From: a virus | Taxonomy: Duplodnaviria; Caudoviricetes | Reading direction: 5' to 3' (one strand) | Virus record (IMG/VR): IMGVR_UViG_3300031519_000154 | Coordinates: 1 to 29,000 of that record | DNA length: 29,000 nucleotides | Part shown: in pieces, positions 1 through 8,002 of the stretch | Position numbering within the stretch: position 1 is the stretch's first letter | Layout of the letters: the number at the start of each line of letters is the position of its first letter | The notes under the pieces: generated by a model | Databases searched by the model: none | Told to the model about the DNA's origin: nothing | The model's input: the letters and a program-made list of their open reading frames with translations, nothing else | Position numbers and translations under genes: made by a program

Positions 1-933
1 ATCCAATTTAATGTTGCTGCTGGGAATCAAAAAAATTGGGGATTTGCTAGTACCCTTTTAGCTGCTGGAGATTTTGGTCTTTATCAGTCTACCTCAAACG
101 GTGGAAACCCTATTACTGCTGGTGCGGTTCAACTGTATTTTACCTCGGCGGGTGAAGCTACTTTTAGCTCAAATGTTACTCTTAAAGACAGCAAGTTGCT
201 TATGTTAGGTACTGGTCAAGATGGAAGAATATTTTTTGACGAATCAACTAATGGATTTAATATAACTGCTGCAAATGGTACAGCTAATAATTTACACTTA
301 AAATCAAATGAAATTCTTTTAAGTCAAGCAAATGCTGTTAATCATTTAAGAATGGTAGCAAATACTGGCATAATAATTAACGAGGGTAGTGAAAACCTAG
401 ATTTCAGAGTTGAGTCTGACAACTATAGCCATGCGTTGTTTGTAGATGGTAGTAATGGACGAGTTAATATTGGTGATGCAACAACCCCAGCAGCTGCTCT
501 TCATATTTCAACAAATGCTGCTACGACCGAGCCTTTAGGTCTTAACGACTCAAGTTCTAGTGGTGCTACTGCAAAGCATAGGGTGAGTCTTAAATATCAG
601 ACAACAGAAGTTGGAAGTATTAAGGCTAATAATTCCGCAACAACTTTTAATACCTCTTCCGACCAACGCCTGAAAGAAAACATTGCAGACGCTGATAACG
701 CAGGAAGCAAGATAGATGCTATTCAAGTCAGACAATTTGATTGGAAAGTCGATGGTTCGCACCAAGATTACGGCATGGTTGCACAGGAACTTATTGAAGT
801 TGCACCTGAAGCTGTAGCGAGAGGCGAAAGCCAAGAAGAAATGATGGGTGTGGACTACTCAAAATTAGTACCAATGCTCGTCAAAGAAATACAATCACTA
901 AGAAATAGAGTTGAACAATTAGAAAACTCATAA
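1..933 (+). CDS. Tail fibre/tailspike protein, 5'-truncated by window edge, with C-terminal intramolecular chaperone (peptidase S74) domain
   Basis: Frame is open from base 1 (IQFNVAAGNQKNWG...), so the 196 start is artefactual. Fibre module NEGSENLDFRVES..HALFVDG..GRVNIG. S74 signature TSSD.RLKENI...GMVAQEL.EV.PEAV...VDYSKLVP.LVK.IQ.L plus terminal coiled coil. Confidence 0.88.
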   Translation: MQFNVAAGNQKNWGFASTLLAAGDFGLYQSTSNGGNPITAGAVQLYFTSAGEATFSSNVTLKDSKLLMLGTGQDGRIFFDESTNGFNITAANGTANNLHLKSNEILLSQANAVNHLRMVANTGIIINEGSENLDFRVESDNYSHALFVDGSNGRVNIGDATTPAAALHISTNAATTEPLGLNDSSSSGATAKHRVSLKYQTTEVGSIKANNSATTFNTSSDQRLKENIADADNAGSKIDAIQVRQFDWKVDGSHQDYGMVAQELIEVAPEAVARGESQEEMMGVDYSKLVPMLVKEIQSLRNRVEQLENS

Positions 934-983
934 CAATTTAACAAACTGGGAATAATACCAAACTTAAAACTAGGAGAAATAAA

Positions 984-1316
984 ATGGCAATAGAATGGAA
1001 AATAACAAACACAGAGTATAACAACGACTCTGATAAAGGAATAGTACACGCTGCATGGCAATGTACAAATTCAGAAGTAGTAGGCTCTGGAGACTCAGCA
1101 GTAACTCATACAGGTACAGTATCAGGAATGGAGTCTTATACTCCAGACGCTAGTGCTGATGGCTATGTAGCTTATGCTAGTGTTACAGAAGCTAATGTAG
1201 TAGCTTGGATAAAAGCAACACTAGGCTCAGAAGAAGTTACTCGTGTAGAAACTAAAGTAGCTGCACAAATTACTAAAAGTAAAACACCACCAACAGCGTG
1301 GGGAGTTCCTTGGTAG
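984..1316 (+). CDS. Small phage protein of the type that often follows tail-fibre genes (possible tail-fibre accessory)
   Basis: AGGAG RBS at 972-976; W-x-I N-terminus, Y..VTE..V..W and terminal GVPW pattern; directly follows the fibre gene. Confidence 0.6.
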   Translation: MAIEWKITNTEYNNDSDKGIVHAAWQCTNSEVVGSGDSAVTHTGTVSGMESYTPDASADGYVAYASVTEANVVAWIKATLGSEEVTRVETKVAAQITKSKTPPTAWGVPW

Positions 1317-1323
1317 TAAACTT

Positions 1324-1566
1324 ATGGAACTAACTCCATACTTATTCTGGAATATCTTTATAACCTTGGTACTCGCACCAATTTTATTTAGTATCAGACA
1401 GAATGCTTCTGAAGCAAAAAGAATAGACATACTTTTAAATAAAACTCGTGAAGAGATGGCAAAAGATTATGTTACCAAATCAGAACTTAAAGATGACATG
1501 GGAATCCTCATGGATAGAATAGATAAAATTGGTGAAAAGCTTGACAAACTCTTTGAAGTTAAGTAA
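1324..1566 (+). CDS. Small membrane protein (N-terminal TM helix + coiled coil), holin-like
   Basis: Hydrophobic LFWNIFITLVLAPILFSI followed by charged heptads ending IDKIGEKLDKL. Confidence 0.6.
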   Translation: MELTPYLFWNIFITLVLAPILFSIRQNASEAKRIDILLNKTREEMAKDYVTKSELKDDMGILMDRIDKIGEKLDKLFEVK

Positions 1567-1573
1567 AATACTT

Positions 1574-1696
1574 ATGAAGAAGAAAAACAATAAACGCCCG
1601 GTTCAAGTTATCAGTATATCTATTGGTACAGTATCATCAAAACTTTTAAACAAACTCACAAAAAGAATGGAAAAGAAAAATGAAAAGAAAAAATAA
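1574..1696 (+). CDS. Putative 40-aa Lys-rich peptide (not in ORF track)
   Basis: MKKKNNKRPVQVISISIGTVSSKLLNKLTKRMEKKNEKKK*; fills the 1567-1679 gap and overlaps the next start. Confidence 0.45.
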   Translation: MKKKNNKRPVQVISISIGTVSSKLLNKLTKRMEKKNEKKK

Positions 1697-4691
1697 AAAT
1701 TCTAAAAGAACTAAGTACAAAACTGCTGGTAGAGTAGACTATTCTAAAGGTGGTAGAGTTGGTTATGCTGTAGGTGATAGAGTAGATAGAGAAAGAGATG
1801 AACCTATTAATTTACCGGGTGGTGGTAGAAAAAAACCTCTTCCTCCTAAAGACCCTGTAGTTACTCAACCGGGTGGAAGAGGACCGGGCTTACCTCCAAA
1901 AGAAGGCAAACCAGTTCAACCACCTTCAGACCCTATAGTAACACCAACTCCTGTTATAAGACCTCCTTTTGAAGAACCACCGTTTAAAGGTCCTCCGGGC
2001 ATAAAACCTCCTAAAGAACAACAACCTCCTCCTCCTCCTAACTTACCACCTGCAAGTGATGAAGCTATGAGAAGAACAAAAACCCCAGAAGAATTAAAAT
2101 TTGAAGCAGACCGAAGAGAAAGAATAAGAGAAACAGGATTACAAATAGAAGCTTCTGCAACTGGTGATGTTCCTGATGCTGCTAAAATACCTAATGCTAT
2201 GAGAGTAGGTGTTGATAGATTTGGTAAGCCTTTAAGAGACCAACAGCAACAAACTACAAGAATGCAAGATGTTGAAGGTTATGAAGATACTACAGCTACA
2301 GCTACTACTGCAAAAGATGTAACTCCTGAAGAAGTTTCAACAGGTGATGTTACAACAGCACAAACTCCACAAGATATAGAAACAGCTAAAATGGTAGCTT
2401 CTACAATAAGTGATTCACCAGAAGTACAAGCAGCTATTGGAAGTTTATCTCCTGAATCAGTTGCTAAAGTAAAAGAAATATCAGAACTGTCAGGACCAGC
2501 AGAAGCTGCAAGAATATCACAAAGCATTGCAGATGCTGCAAAAGCTACTAGTGTAGAAGGTATTTTATCTTCTGGTGCTTTTGCTAAAGATGTTATTGGA
2601 GTAGGTGCTAATGTATCTGATACTCCTGATGCAGAAGCAAAGTCTCGTGAAGCTATTACAGGCGTACCCGCTACAGACGGACAAGCTGCAGAAATTATAG
2701 GAACAGTTGGTTACGAAGCTGCACAACAAAGAGCAGTAACTGGAACAGCTGCTAAAGGTGAAGCTGCTAATATGTTAGCACAAGTTGGTAATTTACCTCC
2801 TGATATTACTGCTGCTATTGTAGAAGACCCAGCAGTTATGATTGCTCAAGTAGATGAGAACCCTGTAGAAGTTAATGCTGCTATTGCTGCACTACCTACA
2901 GAGGCTTTAGTATCTTCACAAATGGAATCATTGTTAGGTGGTATGGAAGATGGTACAATACCTGCATGGGCTAGACCTGCTGTAGATGCTGTTAATCAAG
3001 GAATGGCTGCAAGAGGAATAAGTGTTTCTACTGTAGGTAGAGATGCTTTGTTTAACTCTATTATACAATCAGCTATGCCAATGGCTCAAAGTAACGCACA
3101 AGCTTTACAAACTAGAGCAGCTCAAAACTTAAATAATGAGCAACAAGCAAACTTACAACAAGCTACACAAGAACAACAGTTAAGATTACAAAACTTAGCA
3201 AACCGTCAAGGTGCTGCAAGTCAAACTGCACAGATGTCTCAACAGATGAAGACAATGCAAAGTCAATTTACACAAGATGCTGTAATGACTTCTGCACAAA
3301 TGCAACAGCAAACAAGAACACAAAACTTAAACAACCAGCAACAAGCTGCTGTTATTAATGCTCAAAACCAACAACAGGCTAATATGTCTAATCTTGGTAA
3401 TGAACAACAACTTAATATGGCAGAGTTACAGATAGATGCTAATGTTCAAGGTGCTAATCAATCTGCTGTCAATCAAGAACGTATAGCAGAAATGCAAGTT
3501 GCTGCAGATTTCTTATCTAAGAATGCTGGTTTTAAACAACAAATGGAACTTGCTAATCTAAGCAACGACCAACAAATGAAGTTAGCAAACTTATCATCTC
3601 TTAATCAAGCTGGTTCAGAAAATCTTAGTGCTGCTCAACAAACAGAACTTAGTAATCTTAATAAACAAATGCAAATTAATATTAAGAATGGTGAGTTAGC
3701 TCAACAAATGGGATTAGCTCAACTTAATGTTGACCAACAAACAGCAATGCAAAATGCTAATGTTACAGCTAATATGGATATGTCTAAATTTAATGCTGCT
3801 CAACAAACAGAGTTGGCTAATAGTAAATTTATGCAAACAGTAGCTGTTACAAATATGAACGCAGAGCAACAAGCTATCATGCAAAATGCTACAGCTATGG
3901 CAAGTTTAGATATGGCTACAGTAGACCAAAGAACTAAGTTATCTATAACAAATGCTCAATCATTTTTACAAATGGATATGACAAATCTAAATGCTCAACA
4001 ACAAGCAAACATGATGAAGAGTCAACAAGAACAACAAAGACTTCTTTCTAATCAATCTGCTGAAAATGCTGCAAGACAATTTAATAGTGCTAGTGAAAAT
4101 CAAACCAATCAGTTTATGGCTAATATGAATGTACAAATGAATCAGTACAACGCTACACAAAGCAATGCAATGAGTCAGTTTAATGCGACCCAAGAAAATG
4201 CTGCAGAAGCTAGAAGAGCCGGTAGAGAAGCAGATACTGAAAAATTTAATGCACAGCTTACAACTCAAGTAGACCAGTTTAATAGTCAACAAGACTTTGC
4301 AAGAAATAGTTGGAACTCTCAAAACGCAGCAGCTGTAGAAGCTTCTAATGTTCAGTGGAGAAGACAGTCTAATACAATTAATACTGCTGCTCAAAATACA
4401 ATTAACATGCAAAACGCACAGAATGCTTTTGGTATGTCTATGCAATCTCAGTCTTTTTTATGGCAAGAATTAAGAGACCAAGCAGATTTTGATTTTAGAG
4501 GGTATGAAAACGAAGAAAATAGAAAAGCTCAAATTATTGCAACAGCTATTGCTAATGAAGGTGAAGCTGGTAAAACATACGATGATTATTTAAAAAATTT
4601 AATAGCTACATTAGGTAGTTCATTTAATAGTGGTTATAGTAGTGGCGGTAGTGGTGGTGGTTATGGTGGTGGCGGACCACGTCAAAGATAA
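1680..4691 (+). CDS. Probable internal virion / DNA ejection protein with Pro-rich N-region and long Gln/Asn-rich 11-residue-repeat coiled coil
   Basis: 1003 aa; basic N-terminus, polyproline tract, hendecad repeats (NLNNEQQANLQ, NLSNDQQMKLA, NLSAAQQTELS...), Gly-rich tail; lies after tail genes. Confidence 0.65.
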   Translation: MKRKNKNSKRTKYKTAGRVDYSKGGRVGYAVGDRVDRERDEPINLPGGGRKKPLPPKDPVVTQPGGRGPGLPPKEGKPVQPPSDPIVTPTPVIRPPFEEPPFKGPPGIKPPKEQQPPPPPNLPPASDEAMRRTKTPEELKFEADRRERIRETGLQIEASATGDVPDAAKIPNAMRVGVDRFGKPLRDQQQQTTRMQDVEGYEDTTATATTAKDVTPEEVSTGDVTTAQTPQDIETAKMVASTISDSPEVQAAIGSLSPESVAKVKEISELSGPAEAARISQSIADAAKATSVEGILSSGAFAKDVIGVGANVSDTPDAEAKSREAITGVPATDGQAAEIIGTVGYEAAQQRAVTGTAAKGEAANMLAQVGNLPPDITAAIVEDPAVMIAQVDENPVEVNAAIAALPTEALVSSQMESLLGGMEDGTIPAWARPAVDAVNQGMAARGISVSTVGRDALFNSIIQSAMPMAQSNAQALQTRAAQNLNNEQQANLQQATQEQQLRLQNLANRQGAASQTAQMSQQMKTMQSQFTQDAVMTSAQMQQQTRTQNLNNQQQAAVINAQNQQQANMSNLGNEQQLNMAELQIDANVQGANQSAVNQERIAEMQVAADFLSKNAGFKQQMELANLSNDQQMKLANLSSLNQAGSENLSAAQQTELSNLNKQMQINIKNGELAQQMGLAQLNVDQQTAMQNANVTANMDMSKFNAAQQTELANSKFMQTVAVTNMNAEQQAIMQNATAMASLDMATVDQRTKLSITNAQSFLQMDMTNLNAQQQANMMKSQQEQQRLLSNQSAENAARQFNSASENQTNQFMANMNVQMNQYNATQSNAMSQFNATQENAAEARRAGREADTEKFNAQLTTQVDQFNSQQDFARNSWNSQNAAAVEASNVQWRRQSNTINTAAQNTINMQNAQNAFGMSMQSQSFLWQELRDQADFDFRGYENEENRKAQIIATAIANEGEAGKTYDDYLKNLIATLGSSFNSGYSSGGSGGGYGGGGPRQR
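1716..1787 (+). repeat. Three degenerate 24-nt/8-aa tandem units (YKTAGRVD, YSKGGRVG, YAVGDRVD)
   Basis: ggtagagtagac / ggtagagttggt / gatagagtagat at 24-nt spacing. Confidence 0.7.
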
Positions 4692-4706
4692 ATAAAAGGA
4701 AACAAT

Positions 4707-5750
4707 ATGGGTAAACTAAGAAAAATAGGTAGAAAAATAAAAAAAGGAGTTAAAAAACTTTTTAGTTCTAAAATAGGAGCTTTCCTAGGAAGCATGGCTT
4801 TAAGCATGATATTAGGACCTGTAATTAGTAGAGCTTTTAATGGTATCAAAGGTGCTGTAATGGGCACAGGAGCCACGGCTACACAGGCAGCTACACAAGC
4901 AGCTACACAAACAGCTGCTGCTGAAACAGCTAAACAAGCTTTAGTAGATAAAGGACTGGAAAAAAGTATTTCTAAATCTTTACTAGCAGAAAGTGGTAAA
5001 CAACTTACAACAGAACAAATCTTAGCTGGAGAAACTTTATCATCTGTAGCTTCCAAAGAAGTTGCTGGTAAAGCACTAAGTAAAGAAGCTATTAAATCTA
5101 GTTTGAGTAGTAATTTAAGTACAGGTATATCAACAACAGGTTTAAATCCCAAAGACCTTACAAACTTCTTAACAGAAAAAGTTGCTACAGGAACTATGCC
5201 TATAAATATATCTAATAGCGTAACAGGTTCTTTAAATAATTTTAATGACTTTCTTGAAACTGGAGATATTTTTAATTCAGAACTTACAGAATCTATAAGA
5301 GTTAATAAACTTTCTGTAGACGCTAAAGCTGCAACTAAAGCTGCTAAAGAGACAAAATTATTTGGAGATGGTAATTTAAAAAGTGATATTAAAGAAAATG
5401 TTACAGATTTTAAAACAGATGTAAAAGAATTTGTTAATGACCCAGTAGGTAAGACTAAAGAAATTGTAGGTGAAAACTTTGTAGGAGATACGGTTAAAGC
5501 TGTAGGTAGTTCTTATCTTTCAGAAATGATGAACGAACCCCCAGAAGATTTAGGTGGTTACGGCAGAGTAATATCTAGTCCAGCTTTAGTAGCTGCACAA
5601 GGTAACTATATGGAAAGGGTAGCTCCTAACTATCAAGCTGCTTTTAATACAAGAGTAAAAACTTTTGATGAAATTATGCAACAAGCTATGTATGGAACAG
5701 CTACTCCTCAATTTATGACAACTTATAGACCGTTAAAAGCAGGAGAATAG
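4707..5750 (+). CDS. Probable internal virion/ejection protein with cationic amphipathic and hydrophobic N-terminus
   Basis: AAGGA RBS; MGKLRKIGRKIKKGVKKLF then GAFLGSMALSMILGP; Ala/Thr/Ser-rich body. Confidence 0.6.
   Translation: MGKLRKIGRKIKKGVKKLFSSKIGAFLGSMALSMILGPVISRAFNGIKGAVMGTGATATQAATQAATQTAAAETAKQALVDKGLEKSISKSLLAESGKQLTTEQILAGETLSSVASKEVAGKALSKEAIKSSLSSNLSTGISTTGLNPKDLTNFLTEKVATGTMPINISNSVTGSLNNFNDFLETGDIFNSELTESIRVNKLSVDAKAATKAAKETKLFGDGNLKSDIKENVTDFKTDVKEFVNDPVGKTKEIVGENFVGDTVKAVGSSYLSEMMNEPPEDLGGYGRVISSPALVAAQGNYMERVAPNYQAAFNTRVKTFDEIMQQAMYGTATPQFMTTYRPLKAGE
4878..4913 (+). repeat. 3 x 12-nt tandem repeat (ATQA ATQA ATQT)
   Basis: gctacacaggca gctacacaagca gctacacaaaca. Confidence 0.8.
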
Positions 5751-5752
5751 AG

Positions 5753-6352
5753 ATGGCAATATCAAATAAAGCAATTAACTTTGTGCAAGGAAACTTAGAA
5801 AGAGGACAGGCAATTCCCGGACAAAGCCTTACTAACTCTCCTGATGAAAAGTATGCATGGGAAAAACCAGCAGAGTTTACAAATCCACGAGAAACTATGC
5901 TTTATGTTTTTGAAACTTTAACAGTTCCTGAAACAACTGCAAATATTTTATTATCAATAACTAACGGTGTTGGAATAATAGACATAGCTTCTATTACTTT
6001 ATATTCAGGTTTTTTAGAAGGTAAGTGGAACCCTGATTTAATGACAATTTTAATGGAACCTACTATGTATATGATAATGGCTCTTGCAGAAAAAGCAGGT
6101 ATAGAATACCAGTTAGAAGCAGGTGATAAGGATATTCCAAAAGAAATGACAGGAGATAGTGCTGTTAAAGTTTTACAAGAAGGAGTAAATGAACTTGATA
6201 AAATTAAAAATCAAGCTATAGAAAGAGTTAATCCTCAATCTGTACCTTCAGATGTTAGAGAAGTTATAGAACAAACAAAATTAGAACCTAGTCTTTTAGA
6301 AAAAATACAAAACGAAAAACCAACAAGTTTATTAGGTAAAGGAGAAGAGTAA
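5753..6352 (+). CDS. Phage protein of unknown function in the virion gene cluster
   Basis: AGGAG RBS; IPGQSLT..P....WE.P motif; TAATG coupling to next gene. Confidence 0.65.
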   Translation: MAISNKAINFVQGNLERGQAIPGQSLTNSPDEKYAWEKPAEFTNPRETMLYVFETLTVPETTANILLSITNGVGIIDIASITLYSGFLEGKWNPDLMTILMEPTMYMIMALAEKAGIEYQLEAGDKDIPKEMTGDSAVKVLQEGVNELDKIKNQAIERVNPQSVPSDVREVIEQTKLEPSLLEKIQNEKPTSLLGKGEE

Positions 6353-7995
6353 TGGCAGATGACAAATTTACAAGTTTATTAGGAAAAAGTTCTGGTACAT
6401 CTTTTGGAGAACTAGCAGGTGCTTACATGTCTAGAGGAAAGAAAAAAGATAATAGAGCCAGAAATATTATGTTAGGTACATTACTTTTTAATATTAAAGA
6501 AAATAAAATGCGTAGTAATGTAATGAAAAATTTAGAAACTTTAGAAAATGATAAAGTTTTAGAACAAGCTAGACTTAATAAACAGTGGGTAGAAAGAGAA
6601 AAATTACAAACAGAATATGAAACTGTTAAAAATAAAGGTGCTTACAATTATTACAAAACAGATGCTGAAATAGCTTTTGAAGAAAGTCATGGTGCTGATG
6701 AGAAATATGATTTAAAAGCATACCAACAAGAAAAAATTGATTGGATGAAAGATTGGTCTAGTAAAAAAGAAGCTGATTTAAATAAAAGATATTCTGGTGT
6801 AGATACTGATATACTAACTAAAGAAGAATTTATGGAACCTGTAAATGCTTATTATAGAGCTAAACAAGAAGATTATTTAAACCCACAAAACACAAGTTTA
6901 GTACATAAAGCTTTAGGTAAAATAGGTTTTGGTACAAATAGAAGTGAAACAACAGGTAACTTTCTTGATAAAGAAGGAGAGGATACTGTTTATAAATTTA
7001 ATGAAAATAGAAAAGCACATAAAACTAGAATAGATAATTTAACAAGTCAAGAAGTAGCAGAAATTAAAATGGATACTTATAAATATGATAAGACTATTAA
7101 ATTAACAGATAAAGATTTTAATACAATTTTATCAGATAATAATTTATTAACTGGTACTAGTGCGGAACAACTAAGGGCACAAAGAAAAGCTTATGCAAAT
7201 TTTGTAGGTTCAAATAAAAGTTATAAGTCTGCACAAGAAGCTGTAACTTCTGCTATTCTTGGTTTTGATATAGATTCAACAAACAATCAATTAGAAACTA
7301 TAAGAAGAGAATATGAAGCAGTTAAAGGACCTATGCCTACAGCAGAAATAAAAAAAGAAAATTTAGAAAGTTTATCAACTTCTAAAGGTTCACAAATGTT
7401 TTATCAAGAACAAGAAACAACTGTTGCTGCAAAAAATTGGAAACGAGGATTGGAAAGAGAAATATCTAAATCATTTGGTATTAAAGACTTAACTGTAGAT
7501 AGACAAAATAGAGCAGAAGACTTGTTCCAATTAGGTCTTAATAGTGGTCAGTATAAAGAATCTCAAAGAAAAGAAATACTTAATAAAATTATAGGAGAAG
7601 ATTTAAGATTAGCTACAGGCGAACCTGATTATAATAAAATTAGAGATGACATTATTTCTCAAAAAACTTTAGAAACTTTAATAATTTTACAAGAAGACCC
7701 TAATGAATCTGCTAGAGCAAGAAGAGCACAAGCACAAATAAAAGCAATAAACTTTGTAGAAAAAGAAGATAAAGAATATTTAGAAGATGAATTAACTGCT
7801 CCTACTTATAAAAAATTACAAGATGTAAATTTTGATATGGTTAAGTTTAATAAACAATACGGAACTATAACAGGTCCAGACATGTCTATTATTAGAAAAC
7901 TGCAAAGTAGTTTATATTTAACTACACAAACTGATTTAGCTATAACTGCTGGTAATAGTGTTGAACAACAATTAAGAGATTTAGCAGGTAAATAA
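6352..7995 (+). CDS. Probable internal virion protein (helical, charged)
   Basis: 547-aa ORF, AAGGAG RBS, translationally coupled, between other core-like proteins; function from context only. Confidence 0.55.
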   Translation: MADDKFTSLLGKSSGTSFGELAGAYMSRGKKKDNRARNIMLGTLLFNIKENKMRSNVMKNLETLENDKVLEQARLNKQWVEREKLQTEYETVKNKGAYNYYKTDAEIAFEESHGADEKYDLKAYQQEKIDWMKDWSSKKEADLNKRYSGVDTDILTKEEFMEPVNAYYRAKQEDYLNPQNTSLVHKALGKIGFGTNRSETTGNFLDKEGEDTVYKFNENRKAHKTRIDNLTSQEVAEIKMDTYKYDKTIKLTDKDFNTILSDNNLLTGTSAEQLRAQRKAYANFVGSNKSYKSAQEAVTSAILGFDIDSTNNQLETIRREYEAVKGPMPTAEIKKENLESLSTSKGSQMFYQEQETTVAAKNWKRGLEREISKSFGIKDLTVDRQNRAEDLFQLGLNSGQYKESQRKEILNKIIGEDLRLATGEPDYNKIRDDIISQKTLETLIILQEDPNESARARRAQAQIKAINFVEKEDKEYLEDELTAPTYKKLQDVNFDMVKFNKQYGTITGPDMSIIRKLQSSLYLTTQTDLAITAGNSVEQQLRDLAGK

Positions 7996-8002
7996 ATTAT
8001 AT

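Noticed and set aside
934-983. Terminator or late promoter after the tail fibre gene
   Set aside because: Only a 3-bp stem and no repeated phage-promoter motif found elsewhere on the plus arm; only the RBS is supportable.
1680-4691. Tape measure protein or prion-like protein
   Set aside because: No tail tube/sheath/chaperone genes nearby and no aromatic-periodic tape-measure repeats; the Q/N region has regular helical hendecads rather than prion-like disorder.
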